Assembly: GCA_963823035.1 (NCBI GenBank)
Contig: CAWGKG010000010.1
Coordinates: 224,001-288,000 of the forward strand
Reading direction: 5' to 3'
Length of the DNA: 64,000 nt
Origin: an uncultured Gemmatimonadales bacterium
GTDB lineage: Bacteria; Gemmatimonadota; Gemmatimonadetes; Longimicrobiales; Gaopeijiaceae
The notes below the pieces were generated by a model, which was not told the origin of the DNA, did not search any database, and worked only from the letters and a program-made list of their open reading frames with translations. A program made the position numbers and the translations under genes. Position 1 is the stretch's first letter. Every line of letters begins with the position of its first letter. This document shows positions 41,040 to 51,567 of the stretch, piece by piece.

Positions 41040-42017
41040 ATGGAAACCAAGCGCACCACCCTTCCCGCCGCCGAGGAGATCCTGGGCGGCTACTTCCCCG
41101 TGCTCGACCACGGCTTCGTCAGCCTGGTCGACTACATGGGCTCCGACGAGGACGTGGAGCGCGCCGCGCGCGTGAGCTACGGAGCCGGGACGCGGAAGGT
41201 CTCGCAGACGCGTGGCCTCATCCGGTACCTGCGCCGCCATCACCACACGACGCCCAGCGAGATGGTCGAGGTGAAGCTGCACTGCTCGATGCCGATGTTC
41301 GTGGCGCGGCAGTGGATCCGGCACCGGACGGCCTCCGTGAACGAGATGAGCGCGAGGTACTCGCTCATGCCGCTCCTCTTCTATACGCCGCCCGAGGAGC
41401 AGTTCGCGCTGCAGAGCCACTCGAACGCGCAGGGAAGGGAAGGGGGCGCCCCGCCCGAGGTATACCGCGCGGCGGTGGATCGCTGGGAGCGGCTCAGGGC
41501 CGACGCGGGCGCCGCCTATGGCTGGATGCTCGAGGAGGACGTGGCGCGTGAGCTGGCGCGCATCGACCTGCCGCTGTCCACCTACACGCAGTGGTACTGG
41601 AAGATCGACCTGCACAACCTGCTGCACTTCCTCACGCTACGGGTGGACCCGCGCGCGCAGTGGGAGATCCGCGAGTTCGCGCGCGTCATCGCGGGGATCG
41701 TCAAGCGCGTGGCGCCGCTCTCCTACGAGGCGTGGGTGGACTACGACCTGTCGAGCCGGCCCCTCACCCGAGTCGAGCGCGAAGTGCTCTCCGGGCTGCT
41801 GGTCGCGGACGACTCCGGCGTGCGCGCACGGGACGGCGCGTCGGCCTCCACGGAGGCGCTCAAGGAATCCGGACTCTCAGCCAGGGAGGTACGCGAGCTC
41901 GTGGAGAAGCTCGCCGCGCCCGACCATCCGGACTTCGAGCTCGACCTGTCGACGATGCGCCCCGCCGAGGAGCTCGCGGAGAAGATGTCGAAGGCGGTGC
42001 CGGGCACGTTCGAGTAG
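41040..42017 (+). CDS. thyX: FAD-dependent thymidylate synthase
   Basis: VLDHGFVSLVDYMG, AARVSY, HTTPSE, ThyX motif RHRTASVNEMSARY, ELARIDLP, DLHNLLHFLTLR, AQWEIR. Confidence 0.96.
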   Translation: METKRTTLPAAEEILGGYFPVLDHGFVSLVDYMGSDEDVERAARVSYGAGTRKVSQTRGLIRYLRRHHHTTPSEMVEVKLHCSMPMFVARQWIRHRTASVNEMSARYSLMPLLFYTPPEEQFALQSHSNAQGREGGAPPEVYRAAVDRWERLRADAGAAYGWMLEEDVARELARIDLPLSTYTQWYWKIDLHNLLHFLTLRVDPRAQWEIREFARVIAGIVKRVAPLSYEAWVDYDLSSRPLTRVEREVLSGLLVADDSGVRARDGASASTEALKESGLSAREVRELVEKLAAPDHPDFELDLSTMRPAEELAEKMSKAVPGTFE

Positions 42018-42036
42018 CGGGTCGGAGCCGCGCGGC

Positions 42037-42059
42037 TCGGGCCGCCGCCGGCGGCCCGA
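42037..42059. terminator. GC-rich hairpin between convergent thyX and amidohydrolase genes
   Basis: TCGGGCCGCCG-c-CGGCGGCCCGA inverted repeat; no U-tract. Confidence 0.4.
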
Positions 42060-42077
42060 CGCTGCGTCCGACCTCGC

Positions 42078-43818
42078 CTACATCCCGCCGCCCGCCTTCT
42101 CGTAGGCCACGTTGCCGCCGACCACCGTGTAGAGGGCCTCGGTTCCGAGGATCTCCTCGGCGGGCACCGTGGTGATGTCGCGCGACAGCACCGCGAAGTC
42201 GGCGAGCATCCCCGGGGACCAGCTTTCCCTTCTCGTTCTCTTCGAACGCGGCGTACGCGCCGTTCGTCGTGTACGTCTGCAGCGCCTGCTCGCGCGTGAG
42301 CGCCTGATCGGGATAGAACAGCTCGTCGCTTCCCACCATCTCCCGCGTGACCGTGCAGTGGTACGAAGCGAAGGGGTCGATGTTCTCCACCGGGACGTCG
42401 GTTCCGTTCGTCACGATCACGCCCATCGCCCAGAGCGTCTTCCACATGTACGCGCCCGCCTCGGCCCTGCGGGCGCCCAGCCGCGGACCCACGTACGGCG
42501 CGTCCGAGCAGGCGTGGATGGCCTGCATCGACGCGATGACCCCGAGCTCCGCGAAGCGGGGGATGTCCGTGGGGTCGAGGTGCTGCGAATGCTCGATGCG
42601 CCAACGCAACGTGTCGCCGTCCACGCCATGGTCCCGGAACACCCGCTCGTACACGTCCAGCGTCTCGCGATTGGCGCGGTCGCCGATGGCGTGTGTGGCG
42701 ATCTGGAAGCCGTTGCGCAGCCCGATCTCGGCGATCTCGTGGATGCGCTCCATCGAGGTGACGTTCAGCCCCGTGCTCTTGGCGTCGTCGCTGTAGGGCT
42801 GGAGCATCCACGCGCTGCGGGAGCCCAGCGCGCCGTCCGCGGTGACCTCACCGATGGCGCGCACGGTGAGATGGCCGTCCGCGTAGTCGACCGTGCGGTG
42901 GGCCGCCAGCTCGCGCTCGTTCTCGGGCGTGACCTCACCCTGGTCCACCAGGACGTAGAGCCGCAGCGGGAGGTCTCCCTCGTCGGCCATCTTCTCGAGG
43001 CCGTCGATGGTCTCCAGCGACGCCCCCATGTCCTGGAAGCTGGTGACGCCGTTGGCCAGCGCCTCCTGCGCCGCGAGGTGCACCTGCTCGCGGAAGTCCG
43101 CCTCCACCTGCTCGGGCGTGCGGTCGGCCCGCGCCTGGCCGAGGGCGCGGCGCACGAGTCCGCTCGCGGCGTCGACCAGGATCCCGGTCGGCCGACCCCG
43201 CGCGTCCTTGATGATCTGACCGCCCGAAGGGCTGGCCGTGCTGGCCGTCACGCCCGCGGCGCTCAACGCCGCTGCGTTGGCGATCGACGCGTGGCCGCTC
43301 GCGTGCGTCAGCAGGACGGGGTTGTTCGGGGCGGCCTCGTTCAGGAGATCGTTGGTCTGGAAGCCGGCCACGACGCGCGGCGGGGCCTCGTCCCACTTCT
43401 CCTGGTGCCAGCCGCGCCCGAGGATCCACGCGCCGGGCTCCGCCTCCGCCGCGGCCGAGCGCACCATCTCCACGATCTCGTTCCAGGTGCGCGCGTGCAT
43501 GAGGTCGAGCTGCTGTAGCGAGCTGCCCAACCCCATGAAGTGCCCGTGTGACTCGATGAACCCGGGCACCACGAGCTCGCCGCCGAGGTCGATCACGCGC
43601 GTGTCGTTCCCGATCCACGCGGCGATCTCGTCGTCCGTGCCGACCGCGGCGATCGTGTCACCCACCACGGCCAGCGCCTGCGCCTGCGGGTGGTTGGAGT
43701 CCATCGTGACGATCTTCCCGCCCCGCAGGACCAGGTCCGCCTTGGGGGCCGAGGACTCACAGGCGCCTACGGTCAGCGCGAGGAGGGCGAGGGCGACGAA
43801 GACGCGGCGTTGGCTCAT
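42078..43818 (-). CDS. Amidohydrolase 3 family (YtcJ-like) lipoprotein; frameshift near 42215
   Basis: Lipobox VGA-C; PGFIESHGH, DGALGSRSA, HAIGDRAN, RIEHSQ, GTDVPVE; C-terminus LADFAVLSRD...TVVGGNVAYE in the shifted frame, stop at 42078. Confidence 0.9.
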
Positions 43819-43946
43819 GACGGTGCCTCTGGGCGTGCGATGCGACCGATACGGTTTTCGGGTGACCCTCAGGATGCCACCTGCGGGAGGATTCTGCCAC
43901 CACCCGCGACCCTGGCGACGTGGGCCCGCGTCGGCGAGGTTGCGGC

Positions 43947-44921
43947 ATGGCCAACGAGCATTTCTATCCGGAGATCCAGCCCTACGCCTCGGGTACGCTG
44001 CGCGTCGAGGCTCCCCACGAGCTCTACTGGGAGGAGTGCGGCAACCCGGAGGGCGTCCCCATCCTCTTCGTGCACGGCGGCCCCGGAGCCGGCTGCTCCG
44101 AGTACGATCGGCGCTTCTTCGACCCGGAGCGATTCCGCGTGGTCCTTCTCGACCAGCGCGGCTCCGGCCGCTCCACGCCCCAGGGGGAGTTGCAGGGCAA
44201 CGACCCCGACAGCCTCGCCGCCGACTTCGAGCGGCTGCGCGAGGACCGTGGTATCGAGCGGTGGCACGTCTTCGGCGGCTCGTGGGGGAGCACGCTCGGC
44301 CTGCACTACGGTGAGCAGTATCCGGAGCGCGTGCTCAGCCTGGTCCTCCGCGGGATCTGGCTGCTGCGAGACGAGGAGATCCACTGGTGGCTCTACGAGC
44401 TGGGCAAGGTGCAGCCGGAGCTGTGGCGCATGTTCGTCGAGCAGGTGCCGGAGGACGACCGCGACGACCTGCTCGAAGCGTACTGGAAGATCCTCACCGG
44501 CGACGATCGCGAGGCCGCGCTGTCGGCGGCGCGGGCATGGAGCGTCTACGAGGGGTCGTGCTGCACGCTCCTCCCCAACGCGGAGTTCGCGGACATGTTC
44601 TCGGACGCCGACCTCGCGTGGAGCCTGGCGCGGCTGGAGGCGCACTACTTCCGCAACGTGCGCTTCGACCCCGACACCAAGCTCCTCGATCGCGTGGATC
44701 GCGTCCGGGACATCCCGTCGTTCGCGGTGCACGGCCGCTACGACATGGTGTGCCCCGTGAAGAGCTTCGACGACCTGCGGCGCGCCTGGCCCGAGCTGGA
44801 CGGCGTGATCGTGCCGGACGCGGGGCACTCGTCGCACGAGCCCGGCATCACGCGCGAGCTGGTGGCAGCGACGCGCAGGATCGCGGAGACGGGGAGCCCG
44901 GTGCGGGCATCGACGTCATAG
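43947..44921 (+). CDS. pip: Proline iminopeptidase (S33)
   Basis: LYWEECGNPEG, HGGPGAG, DQRGSGRSTP, GGSWGSTL, LRGIWL, HGRYDMVCP, DAGHS. Confidence 0.93.
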   Translation: MANEHFYPEIQPYASGTLRVEAPHELYWEECGNPEGVPILFVHGGPGAGCSEYDRRFFDPERFRVVLLDQRGSGRSTPQGELQGNDPDSLAADFERLREDRGIERWHVFGGSWGSTLGLHYGEQYPERVLSLVLRGIWLLRDEEIHWWLYELGKVQPELWRMFVEQVPEDDRDDLLEAYWKILTGDDREAALSAARAWSVYEGSCCTLLPNAEFADMFSDADLAWSLARLEAHYFRNVRFDPDTKLLDRVDRVRDIPSFAVHGRYDMVCPVKSFDDLRRAWPELDGVIVPDAGHSSHEPGITRELVAATRRIAETGSPVRASTS

Positions 44922-44930
44922 CGCCAGGCC

Positions 44931-44994
44931 CCGTGGCCCACGGCGATTCTGAATCGCAGCTTATGCGCCGTCCATGAGTTGTTGGAACATGGAC
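44931..44994. promoter_or_regulatory. Cluster of inverted repeats upstream of the gabT-like operon
   Basis: CCGTGG-c-CCACGG (44931-44943), GCGATTC-t-GAATCGC (44943-44957), GTCCATG-N11-CATGGAC (44970-44994). Confidence 0.45.
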
Positions 44995-45050
44995 AATTGG
45001 GGTAACATCAGGGGATCCTCGTCCCCCGCCAACAGCCCTGAGCCGGACCC

Positions 45051-46366
45051 ATGCCCAACAACAATACGCTCGTCGAACGACGCCACGCCGTGGTGCCACG
45101 CGCGGTCGGCCAGTTCGCAGGAGAGACCACCGCCGCGTCCGCGTCCGGCGCTCATCTCGTGGATGCCGACGGCACGCGCCTCATCGACTTCGCGGGCGGA
45201 ATCGGTGTCGTGAACGTCGGGCACTGCGACGAGCACGTGGTGCGCGCGATCCAGGAGCAGGCCGCCCGCCTCATCCACACCTGCATCCACGTGGCGACCT
45301 ACGAGCCGTACGTCGCCCTGTGCGAGAAGCTGGTGACCCTCCTCCCGCACGGTGGACCCACGAAGGCGGTGCTCCTGAACTCGGGGGCGGAGGCCGTGGA
45401 GAACGCCGTGAAGTTCGCGCGCCAGGCCACCGGAAGGCAGGCCGATCATCTGCTACACCGAGGCCTTCCACGGCCGCACGATGATGGGCATGTCCCTGAC
45501 CTCGAAGACGCGCTACAAGGTCGGGTGCGGGCCCTTCGCGCCGGAGGTCTACCGGCTCCCGTATCCGAACCACTTCCGCGACGGCGACAGGGCTTGACCT
45601 CGAGGCGTTCGTGGAGCGCGAGCTGGCCCGCCTGGAGGAGGCCTTCGTCAACCTGGTGGCCGCGAGCCACGTGGCGGCCATCATCATCGAGCCCGTCCTC
45701 GGCGAGGGCGGCTTCATCCCGGCGCCCGCCGCCTATCTGCGCGGCCTCCGCGAGGTCTGCGACCGGCACGGCATCGTGCTCGTCTTCGACGAGGTCCAGT
45801 CGGGCTTCGGCCGCACCGGACGCTGGGCGGCCTACGAGCACGCCGGCGTGATTCCGGACATCTCGACGTGGGCGAAGTCGATGGGCGGGGGAATGCCGAT
45901 CTCGGCGGTGCTGGGCAAGGCGGAGATCCTGGATCGGGCGGAGCCCGGCACGGTGGGCGGGACATACGGGGGCAACCCGGTGGCGTGCGCCGCGGCGCTG
46001 GCCACGATCGCCCGCATGGAGGAGCTGGACCTCAACGCGCGCGGCGCCGAGATCGGCGACCGGATCCGCGCGCGCTTCGAGGCGCTGCAGCAACGGTCCG
46101 ACCTCGTGGCCGACGTCCGCGGCCTGGGGGCGATGATCGGCATGGAGCTGTGCTGGGATGGCGATCCAGGCCGTCCCGCCGGTGAGGCGGTCACCGCGGT
46201 CACCGCGGCGTGCCGCGAGCGGGGGGTCCTGGTGCTGCCGGCCGGGCCGCACGGGAACGTCATCCGGGTGCTCGCTCCGCTGGTCATCGACGACGACGAC
46301 CTCGAGACCGGCATCGTCGCCATCGAGGAGGCCGTGCTCGCCGTGTCGGAACCCGCCACCGTATGA
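45051..46366 (+). CDS. gabT: Class III PLP aminotransferase, 4-aminobutyrate aminotransferase-like; frameshifts near 45440 and 45597
   Basis: IDFAGGIGVVNVGH, NSGAEAVENAVK, FHGRT, IIEPVLGEGG, FDEVQSGFGRTG, AKSMGGG, GGTYGGNP. Confidence 0.85.
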
Positions 46367-47253
46367 AGCCCTTCGCCATCGCGGGCATGCAGCTCGACCT
46401 CTCCGCCGTGCGCCCGAACGCGGCGTACATGGGGGAGCGGCTGGACGTGCTGATGAGCGTGTACCCATGGGTGCAGATGGTGGTGTTCAGCGAGCTGGCC
46501 GCCTACGGCCCGCTCGTCGCCAACGCCCAGCCGATCCCGAACGAGACGGAGGATGCCTTCCGGGAGTGGGCGCGCCGGCACGGGATCTGGCTCATCCCGG
46601 GCTCCATGTTCGAGCAGGACGGCGACAGGGTCTACAACACGGCGTCGGTGATCGATCCGAACGGCGACGTGGTCGGCCGCTACCGGAAGCTGTTCCCGTT
46701 CCGGCCCTACGAGAGCGGCGTCGAGGGCGGCTCGGAGTTCCTGGTGTTCGACGTCCCGGACGCCGGGCGGTTCGCCGTCTCGATCTGCTACGACCTCTGG
46801 TTTCCGGAGACCGCGCGCACGCTCGCTGCCATGGGGGCGGAGGTGATCCTCCACCCCACGCTCACCGGCACCATCGATCGCGACGTCGAGTTGGCCATCG
46901 TCCGGGCGACGGCGGCGCAGAACCAGTGCTTCGTATTCGGGATCAACGGCTTCGGCGACTGCGGCAACGGCCGTTCGATCATCGTGGGGCCCGCGGGTGA
47001 AGTGCTCTACGAGGGTCAGAGCGCACAGGAGATGATCCCCTTCGAGATCGACTTCGACCGCGTGCGCCGCAGCCGTGAAGTGGGACTGCGGGGGCTCGGG
47101 CAGCAACTCAAGAGCTTCCGCGACCGGACCATCGAGTTCCCGGTGTACACGGCCGAGGCGCGCTCCTGGCCCTACCTCAGGAGCCTGGGCCCCCTGGTCA
47201 AGCCCGATCGTGGCTCGCGGGTCGGGATCCAGCCGAAGGAAATCACCGAATGA
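46363..47253 (+). CDS. Carbon-nitrogen hydrolase (nitrilase superfamily)
   Basis: ATG 46363 overlapping the upstream stop (ATGA); triad VVFSEL (E), YRKLFP (K), ICYDLWFPE (C). Confidence 0.92.
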   Translation: MKPFAIAGMQLDLSAVRPNAAYMGERLDVLMSVYPWVQMVVFSELAAYGPLVANAQPIPNETEDAFREWARRHGIWLIPGSMFEQDGDRVYNTASVIDPNGDVVGRYRKLFPFRPYESGVEGGSEFLVFDVPDAGRFAVSICYDLWFPETARTLAAMGAEVILHPTLTGTIDRDVELAIVRATAAQNQCFVFGINGFGDCGNGRSIIVGPAGEVLYEGQSAQEMIPFEIDFDRVRRSREVGLRGLGQQLKSFRDRTIEFPVYTAEARSWPYLRSLGPLVKPDRGSRVGIQPKEITE

Positions 47254-50028
47254 CGCCTCCCCGCAACCGATCCCTGCAGGACCACTACGCCGCATCCCAG
47301 TTCCGGACCGAGGCCTGGCACCTCCTCCAGCAGTCGACCGCGTCCCTACGGTCCTTCGCCGACGCCGGTCGTGATGTCTCCGAGTTGTCGAGCTCCGTTC
47401 ACGCCGCGCTCGCGCTGCTGACCAGGATCGAGAGCTACTGGGCCTTCCCCGGGGCGCGTGTCTGCGCCGAGCTCACGCGTATGCTCGACGGAGGCGACTA
47501 TGCTGCGCTCGCGCGTCAAGACCTCGAGGGTGGTCCGACTCCTGGTGAGCCACTCCTACCGGTCGCGTGACGTGTCCGCCGCCCTCCTGGACGAGGGCGC
47601 TCCCGAGGTCGAGGTGCCCACGGACCCCGGGGGAACCGAGTATCGGCCCTACTTCGAGGTGATGGTGGTGGACGACCTCGACGCCGGCGAGCAGGAGGCG
47701 CTGCGCGCCGCGCTGCATGCCATGCAGCGGCCCGACGACGACTTCGTGTACGACATCGTGGTCGTGCCGACCTTCGAGGACGCGGTGATCGGGGTGCTCT
47801 TCAACCACAACGTGCAGAGCTGCGTGATCCGCTACCGTTTTCCGATCGCGTCGCGCGTGCAGATCCCCGAGCTCCGTCATTTCCTCGACTTCGTGGACCC
47901 GCGCCAGGCGGAGCGCGCACGAGGACGAGCCGGCCGAGGCGCTCGCGGAGACCATCGCGACCCTGCGACCCGAGCTGGACCTGTTCAAGGTCACGGACGA
48001 GACGCTGGGGAGCGTGGCCGCGAGCCGTGCGCGCTGCTTCCGGCGCGTGTTCTACCGGCAGGAGGACTACACCGAGCTGCATCTGAGCATCCTGAAGGGG
48101 ATTCGCGAGCGCTACGAGACGCCCTTTCTTCACGGCGCTGCGCGAATACAGCCTGCGGCCCACGGGGGTGTTCCACGCCCTGCCGATCTCACGTGGCAAG
48201 TCCATCTACAAGTCCCACTGGATCAGGGACATGGGCCGCTTCTACGGCGCCAACATCTTCCTCGCGGAGACCTCGTCGACCACCGGCGGGCTCGATTCGC
48301 TGCTCCACCCGACGGGCCCGTTGAAGGTCGCGCAGGAGAAGGTCGCCCGGGCCTTCGGCAGCCGGCAGAGCTTCTTCGTCACGAACGGCACCTCCACCGC
48401 CAACAAGATCGTGACGCAGGCCCTCGTGGCGCCGGGGGACCTGGTCATGCTCTCCCACGACTGCCACAAGTCGCACCCCTACGCGCTGGTCCTGGCCGGC
48501 GCGCAGCCCGTGTACATGGACGCCTACCCACTGGACGAGTTCACCATGTTCGGCGGGGTGCCCCTGCGCGAGATCAAGCGACAGCTCCTCGCGCTGAAGA
48601 GGGCGGGGAAGCTCGGGCGCGTGCGCATGCTGCTGCTCACCAACAGCACCTTCGACGGCATCGTCTACGATCCCGAGCGGGTCATGCGCGAGGTGCTGGC
48701 CATCAAGCCCGACATGATCTTCCTGTGGGACGAGGCCTGGTTCGCCTTCGCGCGCGCCACCCCGACGTACCGGGCCCGGACGGCCATGGCGGCGGCGGCC
48801 CGCATGCGCGCGGACTTCGTGTCGAGCGAATACCGCGAGCGCTACGCCGCCTGGAAGGCCGAGTTCGACGCGCTCGACGCGGACGACGACGCGACCTGGC
48901 TCGAGCGGCCGCTCATGCCCGACCCCGAGCGGACGCGCCTCCGCATCTACGTCACGCAGTCGACGCACAAGACGCTCACGTCGCTGCGCCAGGGCTCGAT
49001 GATCCACGTCTTCGACCAGGACTTCGAGCAGAAGGCGAGGGAGCCGTTCCACGAAGCGTACATGACGCACACGTCCACGTCGCCCAACTACCAGATCCTG
49101 GCGTCGCTGGACGTGGGGCGCCGGCAGCTCGAGCTCGAGGGGTACGAGTTCGTCCGGCACAGCGTGGGTCTGGCCATGATGATCCGGAAGCAGATCACCG
49201 ATCATCCCCTCCTGCGGAAGTACTTCAGGGTGCTCAAGGCCGGGGACATGATCCCGGCCGAGTACCGCCCCTCGGGGCTCGAGCGCTTCTACGATCCCGA
49301 GAGCGGCTTCACGCGGATCGAGGAGCACTGGCGCAAGGACGAGTTCGCCCTGGATCCGACGCGCGTGACGCTCCACGTGGGCGCGACCGGGATGGACGGC
49401 GACACGTTCCGCAAGCTGCTCATCGAGAAGCACGACATCCAGATCAACAAGACGTCGCGCAACACGGTCCTGTTCATGCTCAACATCGGCTCGACGCGAG
49501 GGTCGGCCACGTACCTCCTGGACGTGCTCCTCCAGATCGCCGAGGACCTCGAGGAGCGCGAGGAGGAGCAGAACGAGATGGACCGCGCCCGGGCCGCGGG
49601 GCGGGTGCGCTCGCTGGTGGAGCAACTGCCACCGCTGCCGCGCTTCAGCCGCTTCCACCCCGCCTTCGTGGACGATCCCGACGGGGGACACACCCGAGGG
49701 GGACATGCGCGCGGCGTTCTTCCTGGCCTACGACCACGAGGCCGTCGAGCATCTGTTGATGGACGGGTCGGTGGAAGCGGCCATCAAGAGCGGTCGTGAC
49801 GTCGTCAGCTCGGCCTTCGTCACACCCTATCCGCCCGGCTTTCCCATCCTGGTGCCGGGCCAGGTGGTCACCGGCGACATCCTGGCCTACATGCGGGCCG
49901 TCGACGTGAAGGAGATCCACGGCTACGACCCGGAATACGGCCTTCGCGTCTTCCGGCCGGAAGTGCTCGACCGGCTGGCCGCCAAGCACACCCGTTCCAC
50001 GAACGAGAGAGAGGTAGTGGCTCGATGA
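47250..50028 (+). CDS. Large PLP-dependent Orn/Lys/Arg-decarboxylase-family enzyme (about 920 aa joined); frameshifts near 47518, 47920, 48130, 49690
   Basis: Receiver-like wing RPYFEVMVVDD; FHALPISRG, GGLDSLL, FVTNGTSTANK, DCHKSH, LTNSTFDG, WDEAW, PLP-lysine QSTHKT, TSTSPNY, VTPYPPGFPILVPG. Confidence 0.9.
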
Positions 50029-51504
50029 GGAAGCTGAAGACGATCTCCGACATCCGGGCGTACTTCCACCAGTACGACGTGCCCACCTATTTCGTGAGCG
50101 CGACGCCGTTCAACCTCCAGGGAATGGAGGAGTGGGTCGGCGACTTCACCTTCATCAACTACATCGACTGCTTCGACGGGAAGCACCCCTCGGTGTTCGT
50201 GCCCACGGAGAAGCCGCATCCCGTGTTCGAGAGCATCGAGCAGATCGTCAACTACCTGCTCGAGCACGAGGAGGTGGCGCGCCTGATCAAGCGAAAGGCG
50301 CCCCGTGGGAAGGGGTACAGTGGCAACGTCGTCTTCCTCTTCTTCGACGAGCGCACCGAGGCGCTGTGCGAGAAGCTCGGCCTGCGCGTGTGGTTCCCTT
50401 CCGCGAAGCTGCGCACGCGGATGGACAACAAGATCATGACCACGCGCATCGGCAACGAGGCCGGGGTGAAGAGCGTCCCCAACGCCCTCGCCCGGGTCAC
50501 CTCGTACGACCGCCTCATGGCGGTCGCCAAGCGACACCGCCTCGGGGACCGCCTCGTGGTGCAGACCGCCTTCGGCGATTCGGGCCACACGACCTTCTTC
50601 ATCGACGGCGAGCGCGACTACCGGAGGCACGCCGACGAGATCGAGGCGGAGAAGGAGGTCAAGGTCATGAAGCGCGTGCGTTGCCGGGGCTCCGCGCTGG
50701 AGGCGTGCGTGACGCGCCACGGCACCCTGGTGGGGCCGCTCATGACCGAGCTGGTGGGCTTCAAGGAGCTCACCCCCTACAAGGGTGGATGGTGCGGCAA
50801 CGAGGTCTTTCCCGATGCGTTTCCGCAGAGCGATCCGTGACTTCGCCCGGCGGTCGGCGTTCAAGATCGGGGAAGCGCTGCGCAAGCGTCGGTACCGCGG
50901 CTACTTCGAGCTCGACTTCCTCATCGACCTGGACTCGGACGACGTCTATCTCGGCGAGATGAACCCACGCATCACGGGTGCCAGCTCGATGACGAACCTG
51001 GCCGCGTTCGCCCACGCCGACGCGCCGCTCTTCCTCTTCCACCTGCTCGAGTTCTCCGGCGTGCCGTACGATCTCGACGTGGAGGCGCTGAACACGCGCT
51101 GGTCCCACCCGCACAACATCGACGCCTGGAGCCAGCTCGTGATCAAGCACACCGGCACGGACGTCGAGCCCATCCGCGCGGCGCCGCGCTCGGGGGTGTG
51201 GGAGATGGCCGACGACGGCTCCGTCCGCTTCGTCCGCGACCAGATCCACCGCCGCACCGCGCGTAGCGGGAAGCAGGCCTTCTACCTCCGGATCGCCAAG
51301 GAGGGGGACTGGTTCTACGAGGGGGCGGACCTCGGGATCCTGGTAACGCCAGGTCGCCTCATGACGAAGGGGTTCCGCCTCACGCCGAGGGCCAAGGCGT
51401 GGGCGCTCGGGATCAAGGACCACTACCTTCCGGGCCGGGCGAGCGCCACGGCGAAGGCGGAGCAGGCACGCCAGGCGGAGGTCGCCGGCTTCAAGCTGCT
51501 CTAG
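50025..51504 (+). CDS. ATP-grasp fold ligase of unknown specificity; frameshift near 50830
   Basis: ATGA overlap; DNKIMTTRI, VVQTAFGDSGHTTFF, GGWCGNE, GYFELDFL, LGEMNPRITG (ExNPR). Confidence 0.85.
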
Positions 51505-51567
51505 CAGCCCGCGTAGGGCGCACCCGACGACACCGATCAACGGAATCCGATCCAGGAAGAAGCGACT

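Noticed and set aside
47250..50028. Programmed frameshifting or pseudogene status of the decarboxylase
   Set aside because: Break density is comparable with unrelated genes in the window, no slippery heptamer was noticed and motifs are intact; assembly error is more parsimonious
50025..51504. This ATP-grasp as the missing GAK-system grasp enzyme for the CofD-like gene
   Set aside because: It is 11 kb away, embedded in a different operon, and no amphi-Trp or HprK-like genes are present
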